A DNA stretch of 58,834 nt, the filler included, from Basidioascus undulatus (taxonomy: Eukaryota): assembly GCA_000826855.1 (NCBI GenBank). It is 4 parts of 4 records of this genome, joined end to end, with 100 filler letters (N's around TTAATTAATTAA, not from the genome) between each part and the next. Parts side by side here need not be neighbours in the genome. Positions count along the whole stretch, not along the records: positions 14,749 to 29,382 come from JTLS01000707.1; positions 29,483 to 44,108 come from JTLS01000708.1; 2 more parts are not named here. One strand, written 5' to 3'. Positions within the stretch are counted from its first letter, which is position 1; each line of letters opens with the position of its first letter. The notes below the pieces were generated by a model. That model saw nothing but the letters and a program-made list of their open reading frames with translations, was not told where the DNA came from and did not search any database. Shown here piece after piece: positions 25,128 through 37,025 of this stretch. The position numbers were made by a program, and so were the translations under genes.

Positions 25128-25656
25128 ATGCCTGACCGCTCCTTCTACCTCAAGCGAGCACAAGAGCTTTGCTCCGACTTCTCCTCAGGCGCCCTGCCCT
25201 CGACGCTCTCCGCGTACTTCCACCCCTCTTCCTCCCTCGCCTTCGAGCACGGCCCGCCAGACATCCCTTCCCTACCCTTCCTGGGTCGGCCTTTCACGGG
25301 CTCCAAGGGGATTGAGAAGTACTTCGAGACGATCACCTCGTACTTGGGCGTCAAAGGCGAGATGACGTTCAGTGACTGGGCGGTCGATACGGAGGCCGGT
25401 CTGGAGGAGGCCGGGAAGGGAGCGGTCGTTACGTGCAGGGGGAGGGCGGAGTTTGACTACAAGAGCACGGGGAAGAGGTGAGCTTTGGGTTCTCAATTTT
25501 AATTTCGAGGTGAAAAGCTTGAGTTGACGCGGCATGACCTTTCCTAGCTGGAAGGAGCAGTTCGCATACCGGCTGGAACTGGGCGAGGATGGGCTGCTGC
25601 GCAAGTACGAAGTGTGGGCGGACCCCCTGAGCGCGTATCTAGCAGCGCAAGGCTGA
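25128..25656 (+). CDS. SnoaL-like/NTF2-fold protein, 2 exons
   Basis: EHGPPDIPSLPFLGRPFTGSKGIEKYFETI...GRAEF..KSTGKSWKEQFAYRLEL..GLLRKYEVWADPLSAYLA. Intron 25478-25547. Confidence 0.85.
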
Positions 25657-28600
25657 TTGGGGACATGCACTGTCAAATTTCATCCAACCGACCGTCTTAC
25701 GTTGTTGCAGCTGCGGTAGCCGTGTGTAGAAATTCGAAAACCTGCAGTCTTTGCAATCGGCCCGTCGGGCAGATACTGTGAAAACATGCCTCTTTATCCA
25801 TCGGCTGGAGTGCGCTCTTAGGCCGGATTGCTCGCTTGTTATTGAAGCATGGACATGAGGGAGTCGACGACCTCGGGGACCCGCTTCAAGCTCGAGCAGT
25901 CAAGTCCGGGTCGTTCCTGCATTTCAAGCACAAGCATTCAGGCTGCTAGTTTGATGCTTTAATTCCTCGAGACTTTTGTTGCTTCCACATAAGTGGTTGA
26001 GGTTCAGACGGTCCCGACGTTGACATAAGCTTTCGGAAGCACCAAACACAGCACTGCATTGTAGAGGGAACCATATGTGTTACGCAACCCATGCATGCAT
26101 CTAGCAGTCCAACGGGTTAAGTTATGACCATGCACGACAAACGAGAGGGTTTCAAGTTTGTATAGGATGGCAATAGAGGATCGTCGGTCAATGTGAAAGC
26201 AGCAACCCAGCGACCTGGAAGCTCCACTCATGTCCGTCGGTCGCCGGGGTCAAGCTGTTCATAATTGGCTGACGGTGTTCGCGGGAGGGACGAGACTCTG
26301 TCCAGCCGCGTTAATTCATGCCATCATTTGGTGAAAAGCAGAAGGAGCCTACGTTGGAAGCAGAAGCTAGGATACCCGACCAAGACGAAGCTCAGGCATC
26401 CAACTGATGTATGAAAACAGGGAAGGACACGGTACTCACCAGCAGAATTACGCCTGACCGACCTCGAGTGTTCCGATTGCTGAAGGCCGGTCGTAAAGGG
26501 TCGCCAGGAACTACCGATGCCGCGCTGCGTACACAATACAACACACTTCAGTTTCGCATAGGTCGTCTCTGTGAGTCTGCGGACCCCAGAATTACCTGCG
26601 CTCTCTTCCATGTGCATCAAATACGAGTGAGTGCTAAGCATCTTGCGGCGTGGTGCAAAGGTCATGGACCCGCCAGCGGCACGCAGGGCATGCTGCCTCT
26701 CCCAGAACCGATGCTTACGCTCGCGCTCTGCGCGTTCAGACGGGATCAGTTCTGCCAGGCGCCCCGCCTCCAGAGATGTTGAACTGCTTCCACTAACCAG
26801 CAGCACGTTCACCGCGGAGGCGGTCTTCACGCATGAGCGCTGCATTATCAGGTCGTATCAGCACTGCACCATGTCCGGGCCGGTAGCAAGCCTCAGACTC
26901 ACCGGCCTGCCAATGGGCATCACGTTCTGCATAGAGCAAGACCTCAGGCCAACCTTTGCGATACGACGCCGAAATTAACCTCATACTTACTGGCTTTGCG
27001 TTCGCCATCCTCGCGCTTCCACTCTGCATGACCCATCCACATTAGCCTCTCCTGTCAATCGGGATCTATAGCGAACTGCCCAAACTCACACTCTTCACGC
27101 TCCTTGCCCTCACGCTTCCTTTCCTGGATCTCCAGCGCTACACCCCACCAACTTCAGGCCCTTGCCATTGAAACTAGACAGTCGCACAAGTGAACTCACC
27201 ATCTACACGCTCGCGCTCCCGGCGCTCATGCTCGTCGCGCTCAGTGCACTCACGGTCCTCCTGGAGCTGATGCGCTACACCGTCCGTCCAGATTACACCT
27301 TGCGTATATCGTCAACAGGAAGCCCCCGACGATGAACTCACACAAGGTGATCTTGACTAATAAAAGGATAAATCCGGCAAAGATCACGAGCGCGAAGAAC
27401 TCCAGAACGTTCTCGATCATAACTGCCACAAGCCGTGCGCTGCTGGCCCTTACGGAGAAGGTCCATTGGTGGCACGAGAAATCTCTGGGGAAGCACCGGG
27501 AGAAAATGATTTTAGGGCGTAAAGTCAGAGAAAGTGCGAGGAAACAAGGCTGGGGGCGGATTGTTCGCAAGGGTTGCCAGGCGGAGACAGGAAGTAGGGG
27601 GGAGAGCCCTCCCAGCTGTCGAACACATATTTATGTCGAGTTCATCCGACGTGTTTGTGGGTGGGGGCATGCAGGCAGGCATGGTCCATCTGAGCAGTGC
27701 TGAACACTGGCATGGCGGACGTCCACATCCACCGACCGACCACTGCACTCGCTCGCACGCTAGCAGGACACGGACGGCACCGAGGACATATGGAGATAAC
27801 TTTTATCCTAGTTTTAAGAGCACTTGGAGCTCTTGGTACAGTCGACCCTAGAAAGACTCTGCAGTTGTAATGCACAGAGCAGCTGCTCGAGCAAGACATT
27901 GAGAAGGAGCGTGAGCATCGTGCGCTTTATTCTTGAGGTAACCTCCCGAACGTGGGGGACATTCAGGTCGTCAGGTTTCCTGTAGTCATCGAACTTTGGG
28001 CTTGTTATGGAAGACGTGACACCAGGAATTGTAACAACAGTCCACTACTCGGTTGAGCAGTGTGTGGCCACTGCACTGAGAACCTACCCTGCACCGTCGC
28101 TCTTCGGTGTTGGTGTCTGGATTGACGGCTTCTGTATACCTCCGATAGCAAAACGAGTACCCTTTGTCTGCTTTGTCCGCTCAAAAGTTTCATAGAAATG
28201 ACGATGCAGACTGCCAGAAAGGCGCCGAGCGAGCGCTCTCATGCTCCGCCGGCTGTCCCGGTCGGTCCTGTCCCTCTCCGAGCGCCGCTGCCTCATGGCT
28301 TCTTTTGCGCCCGCAATGCGCCAGAGAGCTGTTACTCATCTGCTTTCAGATACATCGGTAGATCGAATATGATGAAAATTGCGTGCAAATGGTGGCAGAC
28401 TAGGAGGGATCACGAGAAATGTGCCAGGATCATCGAGGATGGTGGCGGCCGCTTGCTCGGCAACCTCGGCAGTCATCGTCCATCAGCACCGACCGGTCTC
28501 GTGTGGCTCGCCGTCGTCGCCCCCTGCTCATTCCCCATCGACGCTCATCCCAAGCTCCTCCTCGGCCCACTGCTCGTCTCCATCTCCGCATTACTGTACT

Positions 28601-28676
28601 CGATTTCAATCTCCAAACTCACCCATACAGTTTCGATCAAATAAATCAGCTAGCGACACTCTCGAAAGTCATACCG

Positions 28677-29382
28677 ATGTCCTCCACCCTCACCGCAGCG
28701 CCGACGTCGACCTCGGCGGGCGTCCTCGTGGCTCCAGACGCGTCCTCAACGGGCGGGGCGGGGTCGAACAACCCGAATGGGGGTGCAACGAACAACGACA
28801 ACAACAATTCTGGGAACCCCGTGCGTGCACATCGTCGTAGCTCTCCTTCCGCTCCAGCGAAGGAAGCTGAGTCTGTCTCCGCTCGCCAGGCGTCGCCCTC
28901 GCTCTATCTCTTCACCTTCCGTGCGTCTTTTCTTTCCCTCCTCACTCCGCACGCTCGCACTCACACACAAACGCAATCTGGCTGACGACGACTACGACGA
29001 CCACGCCTCCCCATCCCCGTTCGCCTCCCCGCCAGTGGTCACTCTTGTCCTGCTTTTAACCGTCTCCGCCTCCGTCGTCGCCCGCTCCTGGTACCTCCGC
29101 CGCCGCGCCCAGCGCCTCGGCCTCCCCTACTCCGGTCAGGGCGGCAATTTCTTCGCGGCCATGACCGGCCTCGGCACCGGCATGCGCGGCGGCGCCGGGG
29201 CGGACGCGGAGGAGCCGCTGGGCGAGAAGCCGAAGCTGTGGGAGGTCACGTTGAGGGCGCCCGAGGCGGGCGCGAAGAACGGGGAGATACCAGAGAAATG
29301 GGACGATATCAACGTGCGTTCTCTTTATTGCCTTGCTCGTATCGAAGGGCGTTGTTGACCCATCGGGCCACGCACAGCCCGT
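28677..29382 (+). CDS. Single-pass membrane hypothetical protein, 3'-truncated
   Basis: S/T/N-rich N-terminus, micro-exon ASPSLYLFTF, TM segment VVTLVLLLTVSASVVA followed by RSWYLRRR, then GEKPKLWEV. Cut by the contig end. Confidence 0.7.
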
Positions 29383-29482
29383 NNNNNNNNNNNNNNNNNN
29401 NNNNNNNNNNNNNNNNNNNNNNNNNNTTAATTAATTAANNNNNNNNNNNNNNNNNNNNNNNNNNNNNNNNNNNNNNNNNNNN
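29383..29482. other. Artificial contig spacer
   Basis: N44-TTAATTAATTAA-N44. Confidence 0.99.
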
Positions 29483-30268
29483 GCGAGGAATCGTTCGGAT
29501 CTCGTTACCAGAGCATGCACACGCCTGCGCCGTCGTCGCTCCCCGCCGGCTTCCTCCCATCAAACGTCTTCGTCACGTCCGTGGACGTTGAGGCGGACGA
29601 CTGGGTCCCGGGCGAGTCGAACCTCCCACGGGCGTCGCCCGAAAAGGCGCAGTGGAAGAAGAAGAAAAAGAACGCGCAGGCTCCCGCTGCGTCGCGCTTC
29701 GAGGATGCGCAGGAGGAGGAGCGGGATCGGGAGGCGGTGGAGGCTTGGGCGAGGGAGATGGAGGTTGATGGGGCGTGCGAGGAGGCAGTTGACACGGCCG
29801 CTGGGACGGAGGAAAAGCAGGACGAGAAGGATGGTGCGCTGCTGTGGGCTAAGGTCGAGGCTGCTTTCGAAGAGCTGCCGGCTGTCGGGGCGGAGTGCCC
29901 ACCGAACGGGTCTGTCATCGCGTACAAGGTCCGTTGTGTCCTCCCTTCCCCTTTTCCCCTTCCGCGCACCGTTTGGCGTGTAGTCTGCGATGTCAGACTG
30001 ACGCAGTACTGCTCCACTTGTCACGCTGCAGACGCTCGCCCTCGACCCGACAACGTTCACCCCCGAGATCATGCTCAAGCTCGCGGACGTGATCCAGGGC
30101 CCTAGCGCGGAAGACCCAGCCGGGCTCATGCTCCTGCGCTTCAGGAAGCGTCCGGATTGGGACGAAGGGGCTATGGACGAGGAGGAGGAGGGAGAAGAGG
30201 CGGTCGAGGAGGAGGTTGAATGGGGTACGCTGCAGGGCGTGAGGTTGGTGAAAGGGCTTGGTAAATAG
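29483..30268 (+). CDS. Probable coilin-like protein, C-terminal Tudor-like region (5'-truncated)
   Basis: Splicing intron 29929-30031 gives FEELPAVGAECPPNGSVIAYKTLALDPTTFTPEIMLKLADVI...EEEVEWGTLQGVRLV. This resembles the coilin C-terminal pattern (P..G..IAFK.LEL...YSP ... W..L...RL). Confidence 0.6.
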
Positions 30269-30759
30269 GCCGAGGATGGTAGCTTGCTTGCCTCCCTTAT
30301 ATGAAGGCATTATGCTCGGGAAAGGGTTCACAATGTACCGTGCCCTCGGCCGCAGAGCCCCAATCGAGTATCACATGTCTCCCAACCTCTCAATCGACCA
30401 CGATCCGATGATTCTGTTGTTGGGTCGCAACCTGGACTCGTCCTGAAAACTTTATCACTTGGGTTATGTGACTTGCATAGGGAAGACAGTCCGGCATGCT
30501 TTGAACTCCAGCTTCGAATCGAATTCGAGGTAGAATCATCGCAGCAAGTGCGCCCTCGGGGAACCATGAAATCGGGGTCTCATTCCGGGATGTAGCAGCT
30601 GAATGCGCAGCTCTCACCCTCTCTCACCCTCTTGCAAAGCTTTCACGTTGTGAATTGTCATGGACATGGTTTCCGAATTTAACACTTTTCGCTGTTCACA
30701 CCAAGATTTGTTTCCTCAGGGGTGTCCGACACTTCAAGTCTGCGACGTCTTCCCTACCC

Positions 30760-32010
30760 CGACTCCTCTTCCCGCCGTGATACAACCGTGATCATTCAAA
30801 GAAACTATTCTCCTCGGAAAAAACGGTACCCCACAACTTACCCAACAACTTATCGCGAATGACTATCGAGTCGGTCCAGATCAACTGTGGAAGGTTCTGC
30901 ACCCTTCAAACTGTGCTTAGCGACTTCTCTCCCTTCCCCACTTTCATGTACACAACTGATTTAGCAGTTATATCCTCCCCATCATCGCACGGTCCGACTC
31001 CTTTCGCGCGGCTCCTATGATGCTATGGCCCTCCCCAGCATGATTACCGGCAACCTCCAGGTCCTGGTGGCGTACATCAACCTTAACATCCCCTACAGCT
31101 CCCAGCTCATGGTGTGCGGCTTGCACCCGGGCAACTCGATAGGCGAGCTATACATAACCATGAACGTTCATTGTGGGGTCGCAGAGGTCCTCGGGATTAT
31201 GGGTGAGTGGTGGAACCAGGTAGCAGCGGCAGGAGGGCGCAATGGCAGGATCGCTGCGGGATTGATGTGGCACGTACCTGTTCTTCCTATCGATGTGTGC
31301 CTCTATCGCTCAACCAGTCCGGACGACTGTGAGTCTCCTTGCTCTGGATTACACCCCTCATGGGAACGCTTATCATGCACCACATTCTTTCTTGCCTTCC
31401 GTGTCTCAGCGCAGCGTCCACTTTCATCCCGCACCCTCGTTCCTCTCCACACACGTCGTTGAAAATCTCCAGCGTCTTCCTGGGGAAATAAACCGCTACA
31501 TCCCTTCCGACACGGCCCTAGAGGTGTCCGCGGTACGGCTCGGCGCATACTTCGATCGATGGCGGGGGCAACTGGATATAGTGATGAGTGGTGGGTGCAG
31601 CGGGGACGAGGCGGAGCGTTTCATGAGATATTCGTGGGAGGTGTAGGGTAAAGCTGCTTCAACGCTTTTGGAGCAACAGGCATCCTCCTGGTTTTCCTGG
31701 TTTGTCGCGGAGGTGGCGGAGTTGATGGAGGATGCCCAGTGGACTCTTAAAGGCCGGGCGAGGGCATCGTGATTTTACCACTGCATGTCAAGAAGCTTGT
31801 TAGAAACTTTTGCGATATCCGCTTTGCACCAAGTCTCAGGGCTACTGTCGCTCAAGGGCAAAGCCATTTTCTTGGCGGGTATCAATCCCTGGTAGGTCAA
31901 AGTTATGGCAAAGCTTTCATGGAAAAACAACGGTTTGCAAGTACACTTTGCGGTGGGTGACTTGCAGTACACAGTCTCCCTTAGCAAGCGCCGTGAGTCG
32001 ACCCTCATCA
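30760..32010 (+). pseudogene. Decayed orphan gene, copy 1 of a ~1.9-kb-period tandem duplication
   Basis: Aligns by eye with 32665-33950 (e.g. cagctcccagctcatggtgtgcg, cgcagcgtccactt and gaaataaaccgctacatccctt near-identical). In-frame stops are present. Confidence 0.6.
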
Positions 32011-32664
32011 CTCGCCACATCATCGGGCCTATCTTGCGTCTTATCTGCATTTTGACCATATGAGGATATTAGTTACAACTGCGGCCCTGTAGATCAATAA
32101 GATGCTCAGTACATAATCCGTTCTTAAGCTGGACGCGCTGACTTGAGCGCTGTTTCATACGCACCAGCAGCGTGTGTGGAACTTGGCGTGTTGGCGTGTC
32201 TGTTTCAAGAACATGAGATCGGAGACCTACATAATAATTATGCACTGGATTTTTAGTTGAATGTAATGAAGACTGCCCACCGTCTGCATCGCCGGCCGCG
32301 GTTGCCAAGCAGCCCGAAGCATCCCGAGCTTGCGCCGGGAGACAAACCTCCATGGTTTTTAAACCCAGCCTCAATGCAAAAGAGGGTCATACAATAGGTG
32401 CCGTTTTTAATGGAAAAGTAAGAGCACGTTCTGGGTTGCACGAAATCTATCTTTGCACTCCGCAAGGCCTTCTTCAAGTCCTTCGCACGTCTTTGTCGCG
32501 ATCTGGACTTGCGACCTTCCGCAATCCTTTCTCCTAAGGCAGGCTACTGGGCGGGAATAAGGGATTTTGGCTTCAACGGCTCGGTTCCGCCATAGATAGA
32601 ATATTTGTTTCCGCCTCTGTATCCGGAGCTCCGCATGTCTCTGCCATCGACCAGCTGCTGTCAA

Positions 32665-33950
32665 CGCACATCCTCTTCCTGGGCCAATAACTCGTGCTCC
32701 TTCAAGACACAAATGCTTTCATCGGAGAAGTTAGTGACCGCAACTTTTCACAAATGGCTATAGAAGCGGTCCCGACCGACTGTGAGAGGCTCTGCGCCCG
32801 TCAAACTGTGCAGAAACTGGTCCCCCTCTCTCACTCCTGCGCACACAACTGATTCGGTAGTTTTTGCCCCGCCATAAGCACACTGTTCGACTTCTCCGGC
32901 TGCTATCATCCGATAGCGCTCTCTATCACGTTTATCAGTCACCTCCAGCGCCTGGTGGTGGACCTCAACGGCAACATCCCGCGCAGCTCCCAGCTCATGG
33001 TGTGCGATTTGCACCTGGGCATCTCTAGAGGTGAGCTAGACGTAACCATAAACCGTTATTGCTGGGCGGAAGAGGTCCTCGAGATCATGAGCGCGTGGTG
33101 GAATCGGTGGCAGCCGCAGGAGGACGCGACGACAGGATTCCCGCGGGATCGACGTGGGACCTGCCTGTTTTTCGAACTGATAAGGGAATTTATCCCTCAC
33201 TTGCCCCAAATACGTGAGTTTCTAGCTTATCATACACTGTGTTCCTTCTCGCATTTCCTCTCCTAACGCAGCGTCCACTTCTCATCACCTAGCTACGCTC
33301 CTCTCTCCATCCATAATATATCCCCGAGAACCTCGAGCGTCTCCCAGAAAGAATAAACCGCTACATCCCTTCGCGCACGAGCCTTTAGGTATTCACAGTA
33401 CGGCTTGGCCAATTCGTCGGGTGACGGCGCGGCCAGTTGGATGTTGTGATGAGTGGCGGGTGTAATGGGGACGAAGTGGCCAATTTCTGAGGCGGTGGTG
33501 GAACTCCGAGGGTAAAATGCTTCCAAGCGTCAAGCTCAGCAAGCCTCACGGTCGTCCTGGTTTTCATGGTTTGTCACAGAGCTGGCGGACTCCATGCAGG
33601 GTGCACAATGGACTTTCAACGGCCGGGCCACGGGATCGTTCTACTATTGATTATCAACTTACATGTCGACTGTTCTCTCCACGTACCTTCTCGCTCACTT
33701 CTACATATCACAAAGAGCGCTGCGCGAGACTTTCCGGTCATCTGCTTGGTGCCTCAACTGAAACTTGCCCTCGGCGACATCCAGTTCTCTGCCGGTTAGC
33801 CATTCCATGGTTCTGTACACCACGACGGTATCGAAAAACCTATAAATGGGCTAATTGAAATGTCTTGACCGTGATGGCCGTTTTATATTTACAGCTTTAC
33901 GGGTAGGCGGCTTCCACAGTCTCCTTCGGCGAATGCCGACCCTCACCGTG
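32665..33950 (+). pseudogene. Decayed orphan gene, copy 2
   Basis: Diverged paralog of 30760-32010: DLNGNIPRSSQLMVCDLH versus YINLNIPYSSQLMVCGLH. Carries its own stops and frameshifts. Confidence 0.6.
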
Positions 33951-34619
33951 GCTGCTGCCTTCCCTGGACCCAAGCAACTGTAACGAAAGGGTTCACCATT
34001 GTGCGCGCTGTCCTATTTTGGAAATGAATCGAGCCAGACCTGGGTTATTTACAGTGAACAAATGCCCAAGAATCTCCTCCCAAACTGGGCGTGCTGCGTC
34101 ATGCATTGCACGTCCCTTAGAGTTGGTTGGAGGAGAACACTTGATCAGTCATTAGACTGACGAAAAGGCTTCCCACGTTCTGTTCCCAGCCTGAATTGCG
34201 TAGTAGCTCAAGCATCCCAAAGCAGTCCATCGTGGATTTCTGTTGCCAGAAGCGACGTGCAGTGCGCAAAGCAACGGGCTGCTTGGGATTTAGAAGCATA
34301 GCGTACAAGAACTATAAACCTGCTCAGATTCAGATTCAATCGAGAACTAGATGTGGGATCGAGCGCTTTTTATATCGCTTTTGTGGGATCTGGCGTCTGA
34401 TATCAAGCTGGCCCAGTAGCGGGAGTTGGACGTCCAAAATACAACCCCAGAACCATTTCTGGGTGATCTTGCTATACCAAGAGTTATGCAAGACGAACGG
34501 AGGCAACCGCGTAAGAAAATGAGAGGAGTAGGGGAGTAGGGAGAACTTGTATCGTGCCATTTAATCCTCCATCTTGCCAAGGCTCTTAGTCCATGCACAT
34601 TGAACGACGCCGTGCAGCG

Positions 34620-34648
34620 CATTGCCGTGCATTGCCGTGCATTGCCGT
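34620..34648 (+). repeat. 10-bp tandem repeat (cattgccgtg)x3
   Basis: Directly visible, about 230 nt upstream of the cyclase ATG. Confidence 0.85.
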
Positions 34649-34877
34649 CGTGCTACTCGCGAGTTCTGTCATAATTGACTGCTCCGACACCTCCTCGATT
34701 GCGGAAATAGAATAATCCGGTTTCAGTAGGCAGTCCAAGCACCGCTACTACTCCCATAAATCGGCGGACTCAGTCAGCAGGTTCTTCGGTGGATCTTCTT
34801 ATGCATTGACAGTGCATAAAGACACCCTCCTTTGCCTCCTGCGTCTTGTCTTCCCTCACTTCGTCACGCAGCTCAAC

Positions 34878-36612
34878 ATGCTCTTCAATACCCTCACCTT
34901 GTCTCTCTGCTCCGCTCTCGTAGTCAATGCATCCCCCCTCGGAGCACGGGACGACGACACGAACCTGGCTCTTGCTCGCGCCTACCCTTCCTTCGACGAG
35001 CTCCCTCTCGATCCCGAAGGCGGCTACAAGAATGCCTGGGGGCTGTGGAAGCCTGAGCTGGCCGGCCTCGGTGCACTCAACCACCTTACCCGTGAGCGCA
35101 CTCTCGCTGCGAAGGAGGAGATTCGTCAGGGCTGGGCGGTACCCCTCAAGTGAGTGACAGCAAAATCTTGCCTTCCTTCGCTTATATTCTGACGCAGGTG
35201 TCCGTGGCCAGCCTCCCGCTGAACACGCCCGACCCTCCCCTCGAGCCCACCCGCAAGCGGTTCAACCATACCATCATTCCCCAAGAGACTTTTATCGATG
35301 ATGAGGTGAGTGCTCACGTTGAGGATAGAAGCGCTTTCGGCGTTTTCGAATAGGTGTTGACGAGATTGTCACAGATCTGGATCAACACGCAGTCCAGCTC
35401 GCATTTCGATTCTCTCCGACACTTCCCTTACCAAGGCTCCAACCAGACCGTAAGTTTGTCTTTGGGGAATGAAACCCTTCTTTTCTCACCTGAAAGACAT
35501 CTGCAGTGGTACGACGGTGTGAAGCGGGAGGACATCGTCGGCGAAAATGCAACGGACGTCAACGGGATCCAGGGTGCGTCGAGGGTTTTTCTCGTTTCTC
35601 CACAATTATACTACCAGGACTACCTGACTGGTTGAAATTTCATCAGAGTTCGCGAAGAAAGGCCTTGCCGCTCGCGGCGTACTCCTCGACTACCGTGCAT
35701 GGGCAACGGAACAGGGCATTGTGCGTGAACTGCCGATGTCTTCATCATAAACTTCTGGGTATTCTGACACATTTGCCAATCCATTGCAATTCGGACAGGA
35801 GTACAGCGCATTCACGACTCACCGGATCTCTCTTGACGACCTCAAGGCTGTCGCCGAGGCGCAAAAGGTCGCCTTCAAGCCTGGTCAGTGCAGTTCCTTC
35901 GTGATCGGATCGCTCCCAAGTCACACAATCCACCTTATTAATCACGAAATCTCTCTCCAGGTGACGTACTTGTACTTCGCACCGGCTTTAACGAGGACTA
36001 CCTGAAGGCCAATGTGACTGAGCGCGAGGCCCTGCCGACCGCCGGGGCGTTTGTTGGTATTGACCAGACTGGTGCGTCTTCGTTCGGCACTGTAAGGACG
36101 TAAAAAGTGAGCATATGGGCTAAACGACTTTGGATGGGTCTCTTCCCCTGCAGAGGAGATGCTCCGCTGGGTGTGGGAGAACAAGTTCGCGACGATTGTC
36201 TCCGACACTTTCGCTGTCGAGGGTGCGTTCATTCGCCCAATGACTCATTCAAAAGCCACCATGAATTTATGTGACCCTATTTCACAGCTTGGCCTGCCCG
36301 TGAGCAGCCCGAGGGCTGGACGCTCCATCAAGTCTTCCTTGCTGGCTGGGGTGTGTGACTTTCCAGCGTCAAGCTCCCTGGGATTGAGCTGACTTTTAAC
36401 ATAACAGGTACCCTTTTGGGCGAGTTCTGGGACTTGGAAGGTGCAAAAATGTTTCGGTTATAGCCTGGGGAAGAATCTTGTTCACACTCTGTACAACAGG
36501 CCTCTCCGAAGCCTGCCGCAAGTCCGGCCACTGGAGCTTCTTCGTGACCGCTGAGCCGCTCTACATCCCCGGCGGAGTCGCCTCGCCACCCAACGCAATT
36601 GCGATCCTCTGA
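34878..36612 (+). CDS. Cyclase/kynurenine-formamidase-like metal hydrolase with signal peptide, about 11 exons
   Basis: NAWGLW..LGALNHLT, INTQSSSHFDSLRH, RGVLLDY, GDVLVLRTG, LHQVFLAGWG, GEFWDLE and PGGVASPPNAIAIL. Hydrophobic N-terminus MLFNTLTLSLCSALVVNA-SP. Confidence 0.9.
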
Positions 36613-37025
36613 TACAGCGACCATCGAGGTGCTGAAGAAGCGGTGCTGCGCCTGAAACAGACTATAGCAACAAGAGGCGGACGGGGATCACGGAGGCTAA
36701 AGCCACATTGAGCAATATCATCAACTGCCGCGATCAACCTCGAGATTATCGTTTCGTGACTTTAGAACGAACATGCAATTGTTAGTGGAGCACATCGAAG
36801 ACTGAGTGGTGAGGCTGGGTTGAGATGGTCATGCTTCGTTGCGTGTCTGCATAGCATCGAAATCGCGCGGATTGACTCTGATCCGGTGTGATTCTTTGGA
36901 GAGTACTCTGCGGCAAGGATCGTAAAGGGTAAAACATCGTAGAATGAGGCAGGGTATATGTGCATTGCGCTGCAAGCCTCCCACCCAATCCCTCCCTCGA
37001 ACGACGGATCTCGGAGGCCCACCCC

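Noticed and set aside
26300..28300. Scattered ORFs and hydrophobic fragments (e.g. IYTLALPALMLVALSALTVLL near 27200)
   Set aside because: No consistent exon chain, codon bias or known motif could be built. Possibly decayed sequence, but unsupported.
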